Assembly (NCBI GenBank): GCA_028534125.1
Contig: CM052816.1
Location: 49,602,001-49,666,000 of the forward strand
Source: Lama glama
Taxonomy: Eukaryota
Reading direction: 5' to 3'
DNA: 64,000 bases
Position 1 is the stretch's first letter. Each line of letters starts with the position of its first letter. Shown here in pieces: positions 14,052-26,640 of the stretch. Below the pieces are notes generated by a model. The model had not been told where the DNA came from, ran no database searches, and worked only from the letters and a program-made list of their open reading frames with translations. The position numbers and the translations under genes were made by a program.

Positions 14052-14816
14052 AATGCTGAAGAAGGTATGGAGAAAAGGGAATCCTCCTACACTGATGATG
14101 GGAGTGTAGTTTGATGTAGCCATTATGGAAAACAGTATGGAGATATCTCAGAAAATTAAAAATAGTGTTACCATATGATCCAGCAATTCCACTTCTGGGC
14201 ATATATCCAGAGGGAACTCTAATTTGAAAAGATACATGCACCCCAATGTTCATAACAGCACTATATACAATAGCCAAGACATGGAAGCAACCTAAATATC
14301 CATTGACAGATGACTGGATAAAGAAGTTGTGGTATATTTATACAATGGAATACTACTCAGCCATAAAAAATGAATAAAATAATGCCATTTGCAGCAACAT
14401 GAGTGGACCTGGAGATCATCATTCTAAGTGAAGTAAGCCAAAAGAGAAAGAAAAATACCATATGATATTACTCATATGTGAAATCTTGAAAAAGAAAAAA
14501 AAAGGAAAAGAAAAAAGAGGATACTAATTAACTCATCTACAAAACAGAAACAGACTCGCAGACATAGTAAACAATCTTATGGTTACCAGGGGGAAAGGGG
14601 GTGAGAAAAGATAAATTTGGTAGTTTGAGATTTGCAAATGTTAACCCACTATATATAAAAATAAATAAAAAACAAATTTCTTCTGTATAGCACAGATATC
14701 TTTAATGAAAAAGAATATGAAAACGAATATATGTGTATATATGCATGATGGGGACATGATTCTGTACACTGAAAATTGACACATTGTAACTGTGTCAATT
14801 AAAAAATTAAAAATTA
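14052..14816 (+). mobile_element. 5'-truncated LINE-1 3' end (lineage-specific) with TSD
   Basis: L1 ORF2 end and 3'UTR (ccatatgatccagcaattccacttctgggcatatatcc; gaatactactcagccataaaaaa), A-rich tail. 16-bp TSD aaaatgatacaaaagt (14036-14051) / aaaataatacaaaagt (14817-14832). Confidence 0.93.
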
Positions 14817-17294
14817 AAAATAATACAAAAGTTACATTATTCTTTTTAGATCATGCAGCCATTTTTTGATAGGTGGCCTTGGGCCAATTAAATTATGCTT
14901 TATAAATGGTCACAGTAGAAGAGAGAGAATTTTAAGAACTATTTTGAGATCACTAATTTGTTATTTCAAAGAAAGGCAGAAGACTCTTTGAAGGATACTG
15001 ATGTCACACTTACAAGAGGCTTGCTGAATTTCCAAGTTAATTGGAACTCAAGCCGACAAGTGAAGAACAGGTTTCATGTAGACCTAGAGACGGAAAATAA
15101 TTGGATAATGACTAAAACTGGTATTTAATGGAGGTGCATACACATTTTATAATAGAATTGAAGGAAAAGGAAGAATTTTTTAATTAAAGGACTGAACATC
15201 AAAAACATGGAACTTGGTTATAAAAATATATTATCTTGATTGTGGAAATTCAGTTATATGTTACCTATATTTAATGAAAATTAAGGAAATAATTTCTGCA
15301 CCAAACATTATTAGGATAGACAGTGTTCAAAATATTTTAATGTTAGAATTGGTTGTATTCTGTATTGTTAGTTTTAAGGAATATACAGTGGACATTACTA
15401 CTTGAAGTATAGGCAAGTGAATTTGACTAACAGGGCTATATTAATGTGTAGTTTTCTCTTGGACAACTAATACCTTTCTAATGAAGTATTTTGAATAAAT
15501 TTTGTAATATTGATTATTAGGTTTATTCACTAAGTGTCCAAAAGTGCTGTAAATATTCTTCACTAAGTTAAAATTGTGTTTGATGTTTTGCTTTTGGTAG
15601 CTATTGTAGAATAAAAGTAATTAAAGTACAAAGCCACAAAAGTAGAACAAACAGGTAAATCAAAGCAGCTTTCTAATAATTGAACCCAGTATCTGCATGA
15701 ATTGTTAATCATGTCTAAGGAATTGGCAAAAGCGTTTAACAACCGAAATGTTAAATAAAAAAAAAAAAAAAGTATCTGCAGATGTGTGCTTGCCTTACTT
15801 AAAATTTGCCTCTTTTCTGAGATAGTTAATATGAGAAATTCAAGTATATTATCTTCAGTTGTGTAAAAAGGCTAGTTTTTTTTCCTCTTAAATAATTATG
15901 GACACTTTTTATAAGTTAAGAGTATTGTCTTCTTATAAGTCTAGAAATGTGAAGAGCCCTTGACCTAAAGTTCTTAACTGCCCCATATGAGAGTACAGTG
16001 CTTCCATTATGTTATAGGTTTTATAATAGTCACTCACCTTTTAATTAAATTATTGGAATGCACTCTAATTTAAGATTTTCCTGAAGATCACTCTGAATAT
16101 TCATCCAATTCAGAGATTCCCATACATCTCATGAAGCAATATGACCCACCAGGAACATGTGCTGTTGGCACACCAAAATCAGCACTGAGATGCAAATTCC
16201 TTCTGAAAGCAATTTGTGGAATTAATTTGATTTAGGCCAGTGAAGAGGTTCATTCAACATCTGTTGGATCATCTTTGCTAAAGATATTTTTTATCTAAAG
16301 AAATAAAAAAATATTCCTAGTGGTAGTATTTACTTAATTCCCTGGATTTTAATTTAGGCAAACATGAGGTGTGATGCTCATAAAATACCCCATCTTTGAG
16401 ATTTATTCGGCTCAATATTCTGCAGAATATTAATATATGAAAAGCTGAACACTTTTCAGCTTTTGCCTCTTGTAAGTTAACTCTTTTGAGGAAAAACTGA
16501 GTAGTTTGAAGATGACAAATCTAGTTAGTTTTCTCGTGGTGTTCATCGTAAACAACATCCCTTTCCTCCTTGACATTTCCCCCTTGACGCCAGAGGCACT
16601 CTGTTCTTGGTTGGCTTTAAAACTGTTTGTTTATTTAGTGTCTTTTATCCTTTGCCCGCCTCTTAAGTATAGCCTTTCCTGTCTCCTTGCCCCTTTTTCT
16701 ATAATCTTCCCCAGACTTCTGTTAGTTCCTATGCCAATTGTATTCCCAAGTCTGAGTAGCTAAACCTCTTAGTGACTCAGGTTTTTCAGTGAAATGGTGA
16801 AATTGTAATTATTATTGGAGATATTACATGTAAAAGACCTGGGGAATAGCCATCTCATAGAATATGTTAGGCTGCTTTCTCTTCTCCCTCTTTTCTGTAG
16901 CCATGGCCTCTCTCATAAATTTCGTATTTTCATCTTCAGACATCAGCTGGACACATCTAATGGCCAGTATGCAAAACAGAACATTCTTTCCTTTTTCCCT
17001 CTGCTCTCATGTGTTACCTCTCTCAGTGGCATTACCAATTTCTCTGTCAGGTGTAAAACATTCACGTCACCTTCAATTTCACTCTCTTGAACATTACCTT
17101 CTATGATGATTGGTTTCTTACTCAGTAGAACTATTAAGTCCATTCCTTACTAGGTACTCCCAGCCGACATCCTGTAGGACTGAAATATCTGTGTTTGCAC
17201 AAACTTTGCTTAAGTTTTTGTGGTTTACAAAATGTTAAACAGTGAAGGTATTAGACTCCCATTACATTTTTCTTTTTTTTTTTTTTTGCTGAGT

Positions 17295-17610
17295 CAGTCA
17301 GAATGAACTTTGTTATGCCTCAGGAATAAGCCACCTCCAAATCTCAGGGGCTTATCATGCAGGTCCAGTGTGGGTCAGTAGGGGATCTCTGCTCATTGTA
17401 CTTGGCGCCCAGGCCAACAAAGTCTACATCTCAATAGTTGCTTCTGTAGTCACTAAAGCAGTGTGAGTCAAGCATGATTAATCATAAAACATCGTTAGAA
17501 GTAACACACGTTACTTCTCAAACTATTGGCCAAAGAAATTCAGATGGCCTCTACTAACTTGAAAAAGGATGGAAAAGTGCAGCTCCACCATGTGTCTGTC
17601 TAGAGATGAA
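17295..17610 (-). mobile_element. Old MLT1 (J/K-like) LTR remnant
   Basis: ccaaatctcaggggctta and agaagtaacacacgttacttctca..attggccaaagaaa motifs. Confidence 0.55.
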
Positions 17611-20600
17611 GAATACTTGCAGAGTTTTAGTGACTGTAATCGGACCGTTACAAGGGCCTGCACACTGGTTTCCTGCCTACGTTGACCTTCCTCCTCAAGC
17701 TCTTTATATCAAAATTCTCCATCATAACCCTGCTATTTAAAAAAATATATAGATTCTTTCAGTGCCAATTATTTTACTATACCACATTCTACTTGGTTGT
17801 AGTACAAACTGTGCTCTCTTTACATTTAGTAGAATTCTATGTAGATTTTATCATATAACTAAATTGTTTTCATATTTTAATTTAATTGGCAATTTTCTAT
17901 TCTACTTCACAGTTATGTTATATTGAAAGCTGTTTAACCATTCCTCAACTTGTGGGCATTTGGATTACCTCAAGCATTTCACTTTTAGTCTGCATACGTT
18001 TTCCAGAAATGTTGACTAACTAGAGTTGAGTTAATTCAAAAGATGAGACTGTTGGTTCAGCCTTACACAAATGAGATCTTACTCAATATCAAAGCTTACT
18101 ATTGATTTCAAGGATACTAGCAGTCAAGAGGCACAAGTGAAGCAGAGAGCTTTAGGACATTGAGGACAGCTGTCTAGGTCCTTCTTTCCTGCATTGGACA
18201 CGTGCTGTCTGACCCAGAAAAAAAGATGAGTCTCTAAGTATGGTACTTGGATTGCCATGTCTGTCAGGGTGTTTAGATAATAGTCTGTCTTCCTGTAGTT
18301 GAATAGCTTATATGACATTTGCCGTGGAACTATACCTTGTAAATTCGTAGATTGTAGATTTGTTCACCGTAAGTAATCCTGAACTAGAGATATACTGCTA
18401 AAAACATTTGTAGATAAGGTTTCTCCTCCTAGCAAATATTTGCTGGCAGGTTTAGTTATCAGTATGTTTACAAAGAACTGAAACATCTGCCTTTCTTTCC
18501 CTTGGATCGTACCCCTGATAAAAGGAGACAAATGGATTATAAGTCAATTGTTTAGCTGTTTTCTCCACAAGACTCAAGTGGTATATATTTGGGAATTAGT
18601 ATTCATATCCTAGATTATTTCTTTGAGATTTAAGATACAATAAATTAAATTTTTTCATTACCCAAACAAATATATCCTATTAAAATGTTGTAAAACATCC
18701 AGTTTTACTGTGCTCCATTCCTGAGTGCCTTATGCTTGATAAATAATTATCTTAGGCTTTCCAGTGAAGATAAATTTTAGTGAAAATCATATGAACTGGA
18801 AGACTTGTCACTCAGTTTTTATCCATATAAGACAGTTTTTTCCAGTCTTTTTTCCATTATGCCAATACTTTCTGAGGAAGTTTTTTTTCTTGTTATCAAT
18901 GTCTACATAATTAGTAATGCCTGTCTGCTGTTAATGTTGGCCTAATGTAGACTTAAGAATTTTATTTTGTTTCTTTTTATAATGAGTTTCAGTTTCATTA
19001 GAGTAATTATATGACTAATCACTTCAGTTTTCTTAAGACAAGTATATCATAAAACTATGTATCAGGTTTAATTATTTGGATGTCTCATAAATAGACTCTT
19101 CTAAATTTGAAATCTCATTAAATATCAATTAAAATCTGTAATAATTTAAGATGATATAGCTTTTCTTCTTTATGTATATTATGATTTCCTATTTTGAAAC
19201 TTGTGATTTTTTTTAGAACTAGGAAGAAAGCATACTATATTTCCTCTAGTTACTCATAAATATTAATTTTTACATCCAGTTTGTTTTTTGAAACAAATAT
19301 GCTTCATTGGTTATGTGTGCTGAAGATCTTTACATAGAATCATGCTTAATTCCTGAGACAATTTGAACTCATTAAATAGGTTGATTAATTAATACTCTCT
19401 TTTTTTAAAGTGATTTCACAGCGGGATCTTTAAGTTCAGATATAAATTATACAACATTTATAATTCATATTTTAAGAAAATTAATCCCTGAATATAATCC
19501 TGATTGCAGTCACCTGGGTTCCCCTAACTTTTCAAGCTTTAGGGGGAATTTTACCAATATACTATTAGAAATCCCCAATTGTATAGATTTGGGAAGGTCT
19601 CATTTTCCTCAGTGTTTAGATACTGTTTGCTTTAGTTGCTCTCAGCTTGGCTCTCAGCCCATGATCACTTTGTAGTTGGTCACAGGACAGATTTCCAGAT
19701 TCTTCCATCTGCTGCTGCTAATGGAGCTCTCCTCTGAGCTGCAGTGGGGTAGGAGGAAGTGCCATTTCCTCTTCCTGCCTACCACTCAAGTCCCCTCAAG
19801 CCCACTGAAATAAAAGCTTCCTGTTGCAAAGATTTTACTGGAGATTTGAGGCTCCCTGGAAGAAATTAAAAAGACAGAACAAATCAAAAATAAACTTGAT
19901 ATTTAATATGACTATTTGAATTAAGGAAAGAAGAAATAGAAACAAACCGTTTGCATTGTTTTCTCTTCATTGGTGCACTCCTTTCCAAGTCTTGCTTCTC
20001 TAACTCAGTCACCACATTTTCTTTCTCTCTTTAGAATATGCTGCCTTGTTCAGTCTTCCCATTGCAAATCTCATACTTACAGGTAATGGTGGAGACCTAC
20101 TTGATTAAGAGATCAAGTTTATTAGAAAGTATTGCCAGGCAAACAAACAAACAAACAAACAAAAAACCCCACCTACCTAAGAGGTGTTCACTTTGGGTTG
20201 GATCACATTTGGGGGCCTATTGCCTTCTCCTGATTGATGTTTGAACTTTCATTATATGCAATGTAAGGATTTTCCGTCTTCCAAAAGTGGTTACAAAGGA
20301 TGAGGAGGATTGTTCTTCTGGTTATGTGTGACAAAGGAAAAAAATTAAAGCAGTCAAATTAAGATGAAATTGGGGTGAGGTCTGTGTCTAAAGGGCTCAT
20401 GTGCTCTTAGCATAGACTTGTGTGATAGAGGTGAGTGTGACCTGGGCTCTAAACATCTTCCTTAAGGGCTGCTGTCTAAAAGACCCTAACACATTGGACC
20501 ATCTCATCACTACCCACCAAGAAAGATTCCTTCAGAAGCAAAATTAATTCAAGTTGCAATTTGCTCTTTATACAGAGGTTTGAGTCTCTCTTCCCAGAAA

Positions 20601-20929
20601 TGTTCTTTGTCTTAACACAGTGTTTCTGAAAGTATGGTACTTACTGCTGGTTGTCATTGGATGGCTTTAGGTGGTGAGCAAACAAGATATCAATAATCTT
20701 GAATGACACAGTGTTCCACAGAATGTTGCTTTCATGCTAATTCTCTTTTACTCATTCTGATCATGTCAAGAAGAATGGCTCAGTATGTTGGTAATCTTTA
20801 ACAGGTCTCTAACATTTTATAAATCTATATTCAAAATGTATATATGCATTTATTATGTGATGGAACTCAGTAACTACTTTTTTTCAGACCCAGAATTCAT
20901 TTAGTCCTTAAACTACACCTTTTCTTTGA

Positions 20930-21955
20930 TCTCGGACCTCCAATCCCTGTGTTCCTGCACCCTTCTCTTTTAGCTTCTTAAAGCCTGATCTCCCTCCTTT
21001 TACTAGCCAAGATGTAAGTTCCATCACGAAGACCACTCTTGCACACACTTTCATTTTCCTTGCCTTGCCATTCCTGAGTTACTTACAACTAGAAAACTCC
21101 TAACTTTGGGTTAACGATATCATCATCATTCTCTGCTAAGCAGAGCAGAAGAAATGTCGCATCATGCAGAGAGTGGTGCCCTTACGTTTCCTCATCTTCA
21201 ACACCAGCTGAACATCAACACTACCTACAGATTCCCTGTTTGCCTCCTCAGATGTCTCCTGTGCCCCGCCAGTTGCTATTTAAAATGCTTCTGCTTCCTT
21301 TCCTATCACACTACCTCCCACTGTCTTTTCTACTCCTGAAACAGACATACGTTTTGTAGATGAAACAGAAACCATCCCTTGATAACTCCATCAAATAGCT
21401 GATCCTACATATTCAGTTTGTGTACATCTGATCAGTCGTTCTTTGCTTAAAACTTTTAACTTCCCATAACATCCTGGATGAAGTCTAATTCCCAGTTTGG
21501 CTTGGGAGGCTTGTCATAATCAGGCTCTGCTAATCTCACTGAATTTTTCTCCTACCAATTTCCCTCTTGCACTGCATTTTTTTCAGTTCTACAAATCAGC
21601 CATTTTCTTTACTTTGAATATTCATACCTCCTCTGTCTCAAGGTCTAAAACCTACCTTCCTTAACAGCCAACTTCTATCCATCCTGTAGACCTCAGCTTT
21701 AAATGTTCATTATTCCAAGATAACATACCTGAGTTTCCAATATTGAATTAGGTGTTCATCATACTTTCTCCTAGAACTCTCTGTTCTTGGCATGAATTTA
21801 TTTCATTATATTGAAATTTTCTATTTACTTGTCTGTCATCTTCATTGACATATAAGATTCTTGATACCATTGACTTTTTTATTTTTTTGATAGTGTTCAT
21901 TATACTCAGTGCCTGGCACATAGCAGCTGCTTAATAGGTTTCTGACGACTGAATA
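20930..21955 (+). mobile_element. L2 fragment(s)
   Basis: Pyrimidine-rich L2 body ending cagtgcctggcacatagcagctgcttaataggtttctg. Confidence 0.65.
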
Positions 21956-22332
21956 ATGTTATAAATTTCAATTGTCCATAAGTATAAACTAGATTTGTTG
22001 TTCATGAAAAATAAAACTATTCTTGGTTTCAAGTTCAGAGATACTGCTCCTTGGATACTGGATAATGTAGCTCCTTAAAATAAATAAATCAGGATGCTTA
22101 TTTTCCCTAAAGTTTTGTTTTGTTTTATTGTTTTTATGTAGGTCAGTAGGATTACAGCAACAACAATCCTGTAAAAGCATTTTAGTATTTGTCAAAATGA
22201 TCCAGTGTACAGGGATAATGGCCTTTCTGACATAATGCAGAGCTAAATCCAGCTTTTGAGCAGTATTTAGTAAGTTTAACCTTCTATTTCCTGACAAGTG
22301 CTTGGAGAACTTACACTTAAATGCAGAGACAC

Positions 22333-22760
22333 GTTCAGTCAACAAAGATATACTGATTACATCAATGCCAGGTACTTAGGATATATCAATGAATCAAACA
22401 AAGTTCTGTGTATTCATGGAGCTCATATTCTAGCTGGGGGTCTTTTTGATAATAAGCCAAACCCAGAATAGATACATAGATAGATCTGAAGAAAGAAAGA
22501 AAAAGAGATTCTTTTAAAAGTTGTATTAGAAGGTAAATATTTCTGAGAAAACCAGATCACAGTAAGGGAGAAATAGGAATCCTGGGATTGAGGGTATGCT
22601 TTGCAGTTTTGAGTAGGAAACAGGTGATGTCATTTTGAGCAAAAGTTTGATAAAGATGAAGGAGTTAGCAGAAATTTCTTAGGTAGCGGGAACAGCCGGT
22701 GGCAAAGTTCCCAAAGTGGAAGTCTGACTGGCATGTTCAATACAACAACAGGGGCCATGT
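22333..22760 (-). mobile_element. L2 3' fragment
   Basis: ttcagtcaacaaa...atgccaggtac...tcatggagctcatattctag, the reverse of an L2 3' end. Confidence 0.65.
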
Positions 22761-25369
22761 AGATCAAAATTATTTCATTGCTTTGCAATGTAATGTCAAT
22801 ATACCATTTATTGTAAATACTTATCTGTGTCCCCTGGCTTATTGCCACTCAGTTATATGTTGAAGGTAGAACCAACAGTGTTTCCTAATGAGTTAGATGT
22901 AGGCTGAAGGCATATATACCCAAATATCCCAAGCAAGGGGTAGCATAGGCATGAATGGTAGTGACATCCTCTTAGGAAAGTTGAGAGGCCTGACAAGAGC
23001 AAGTGTCTGAATCAAAGACTGCACTTTTTAGCCCAGAGGTGGACAAAGGTAGCTCTTGTGTAGACAGCTGAGACTCTCGAGATTTCATGTCCTCTCTAGC
23101 TCATAGGTCAAAGAAATTTTGGATGCCACATGTTCTGTGACATAAAGCGTGGTCAAAATTATTTTACCCAGAAAAATATTAAAGTGGTGTAATAAGATTC
23201 CTGCTACAGTTAAGAGGGTCAGCCTCAGTCCACATCCGGAAGATATTTAATTGGAACAATATGGTTATCTTAAATACCCAACTTAGAGACATTTTTGCTA
23301 CTTGCCAGTCTTCTATGAGAATTCAATGCATCTTTTCTATCAAAGTGCCATAGTGTCTTGTACAGTGATGTAAAGACATTGTTTAGCTGCTTCTTTAGAA
23401 ATTACCATGTCTGTACATTTACAGCTGATTTTTTTAAGTACTAAGTAAACAATCATAAATCTCTTTACTTCATTGTTTGTGGCCTACTTCAATTAGACTC
23501 ATAAATTATTTTAAAACAGTTTTTGTAGGAAAAATCACAGTAAAAGCCATACCACATTGACCAAGTGGCAGCCACATGGTCTATCACTTCTAGTAAATTA
23601 TTGATTACTCTGAAAATCTTTTATATTTGAATATGCTGATCTTAAAGAATGACCTACTGTATTTAAATTTCAGACCTACTAAATTTAAATAGTATATTGG
23701 TAATAGCTTCTCTAATTAATTATTCAAGGTATTTATTTATTGACTAAAGTCTTCTCTACTGAGTATAATTCCTCTATACTATAATATTTCATCTAACAGA
23801 AATTATATCGGAAATAAGAAAGGGTAACAGGCAGAAATAACCTGAGGCATTTTGTACTGAAGATGTGGACCTCAGCTTCTTTGTCCTTCCACATGGTGAC
23901 ATCCTGATCATTTTAATCAGCACTTTGATCTTGAAAACACTATAAATATTAAATCACAGTGCAGTCAAATCTGGGTTATTGCCATTTCTTTTAATGGTTA
24001 TATGACCACATTCTCTGTAGTACTAAGTACAGTGTCAGAGTCCAAAGACAGTGCTGTTACAGTGTAGTGTTTTTTTATTATTTTGATAAAGCTGAGCAGG
24101 GCTTAAACATCTAATAACTTTTGTGAAGAAAGCCTTGCCATTTTATGAACTATAGTCAGTTTTTAACAAAATTCACCACAGAATTGTCAGCAGGAATGAT
24201 TTCTTTTATAGGGAATACAGTGATTACTGTAGCTCCCTATCTAAAAATTGCCCATCTATATTCATGTGATTAATGTAACATGGAATTTACAAATTTGAAT
24301 GTATAATGCTGGAAGAGTAGAAATAAGGATTTTTGTAGCAATGCAAGTCTGTGCTGCATACATTTAATATTTTCTCTCATGGGTTAGAAAGTGAATTGTG
24401 TTTAATAGCTCAGCATTTTTAATTGGGTTTGCAGTGATAGTAAATTGTTAGACACATTTTTAAGTGGATTTCCAGAGTTCTCAAATATTTAACTGCCTCC
24501 CATTTTCATGTCAGACAACTACTTTACATAAAGTGCGATGTTATTATTTTTAAATGGCTTTTTGGGTTTTTTTTTTTCACCCACACACTGCTTATCCCTG
24601 TGGGCAAATCTTGACAGAGGTTTTCTCAACCTAAGAGTAAAGCGATTTAAGCTGGGTTGTCTTGTAAATAGTAAAGCAGAACAAGTTGGATTCCCTTGTC
24701 AACGTGATCTTAGAGGAACCAGTTTGAGATGTGTAAGTCAAAAGGATTTTGAAGGTTAGTAAAAGGACAGTATGATGTGGAGAGTAGCACCAGAGAGACA
24801 GTCATGGAAAAGGAAAAACAGCCAGAGGATTTGAGGTAAATCTGCAAACATGTCTGTGTTCTCAACATGTATTTTTGCTGCTTTTCTTCATTTTCATATC
24901 ACTCTTTTTGTTCTTTACGTTCTTCTTTTTCCTCTCACAGATGCTAAAGGAACTGAGATTGCTAAAACGTTTGTTATTCCTATTGACCAAAGAAGCCTTC
25001 TTTGGGGAGCAAACAAAAAGTATTTGCAGTGTCTCCAGCTTGGTTTTTCCTTTAGTTATAAGAAAGTGACTCTCTAGATAAGCAAAAGAATCAACCAGAA
25101 TGTCCTCTTGGTATAAAACGATGTCACTTAAACCCCTAACATACATTGCTAGTATAATCAGTCTATGAAGTTGTGAACATATTTCATCCATCCAGCAAGT
25201 ATTTGTTGTGGGCTGGGAGGTATATAAAACACCGAGTGGATTATAAAAAAATATAAAACAGAAGTCCCATGTGTCTGGGACCTTAAAACCTATACAGAAT
25301 GATAAAATATATACAGGTTAAAGAGTTTAATAATAATGCAAAGTAATATGTTAAGTGCCACAATCTTTT

Positions 25370-25977
25370 CACTTTCCCTCTGATTTTTTTTCCTGCCTCT
25401 TTGGCTGCTGCATTCTCTGAACACTGCATTTTCTACCTGGCCATTAAGTCATGGCACTTGTTGAGTCTTGATCCTAGATTCTCCATATTATCTCTAGTCT
25501 TGCCCCAGGCAATGACATCCATACCCATTAATTTCCACGTACAGCGGAGCTGCTGACATTTATATCTCCAGGCCACACTCATTTCTGCCTCCTTGATACC
25601 TCCTCTTGAATAACAGATCCAAAAACTGACTACATGGTCTTCCCTTCCAATCTAGACCCTCTTCCAGTATTTCTGTCTTAGGGAACAGCACCAACATTCA
25701 TCTATTGAGATATGAACTCTAGAAACACAGTAGTCATCCTTGACCCTTCTCTCTCAAATCTGTGTATGTCCATATCTACCAGCTCACCACTCCAATCCAG
25801 GTTTCTTATCATGTTTCAGTTGTGCTAGAGTGAATCCTCTTAACTGGTCTACTTAATCTATGCTGATCCTTTCCAAATTATTATCCATATAGCACAGAGA
25901 TTATCTTTAAAATTGAAATCCCAATCCTTTTATTCTATTGTTTACATGTGCCAGTGTATCCCATAATACCTTTTTTC

Positions 25978-26028
<51 letters not shown>

Positions 26029-26174
26029 CTCTCTCTTTCTCTCTTTCTTTCTCTTTCTCTCTTTCTCTCTTTCTCTCTTTCTCTCTTTCTCTTTCTCTTT
26101 CTCTTTCTTTCTTTCTTTTTCTTCCTTCCTTCCTTCCTTCCTTCCTTCCTCCCTCCCTCCCTCCCTCCCTTCTC

Positions 26175-26205
<31 letters not shown>

Positions 26206-26640
26206 GTATATGACCTGGTCCCTCTCTGTCTCTATCAGTGTTGTGTCTATTCCGGTTACCCTGGCCTTCTTGAAGACCTTGATTCTGTCCTGCTTCTCTG
26301 TCCATAGACTTATAAATGCAAAACTCATTTTCTTCTTTAACTCTTGTTTTATTTTTTAGCTCGTAGCTTATGTGTAACTTCTTTAGGGAACCTCCTATTA
26401 ATAGATTCTTGGGATACTGCATACCTTTCCTTAATGACTTATTGAAATTACATTTTTAGATGTGATTATATGGTTGGTGTCAATCCTTCCACTTGACTGA
26501 AGTTACATGAGAAGGGAAAGAGTATCTGTTATGCTCACTGTTACAACCCTAGTACTTAGCGCTGTGTCTGGAACATAGTGGGAGCTTTAAATATAAACTG
26601 AATTGTTATGTGAATTAATGGATGAATGAAGGAATGAAAG
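25370..26640 (+). mobile_element. L2 fragment interrupted by a microsatellite
   Basis: L2 motifs (tagtcatccttgacccttctctctc; ctcttaactggtct) and 3' end tagcgctgtgtctggaacatagtgggagcttt...gaatgaa. Confidence 0.7.
25969..26205. repeat. Compound (TTTC)n/(TC)n/(TTTCTC)n/(CTTC)n/(CCCT)n/(T)n microsatellite
   Basis: About 237 nt containing only C and T on the + strand. Confidence 0.97.

Noticed and set aside
25907..26422. ORFs of 91-171 aa rich in K/E/R or F/L/S
   Set aside because: Translations of the pyrimidine microsatellite, which has no stop codons.
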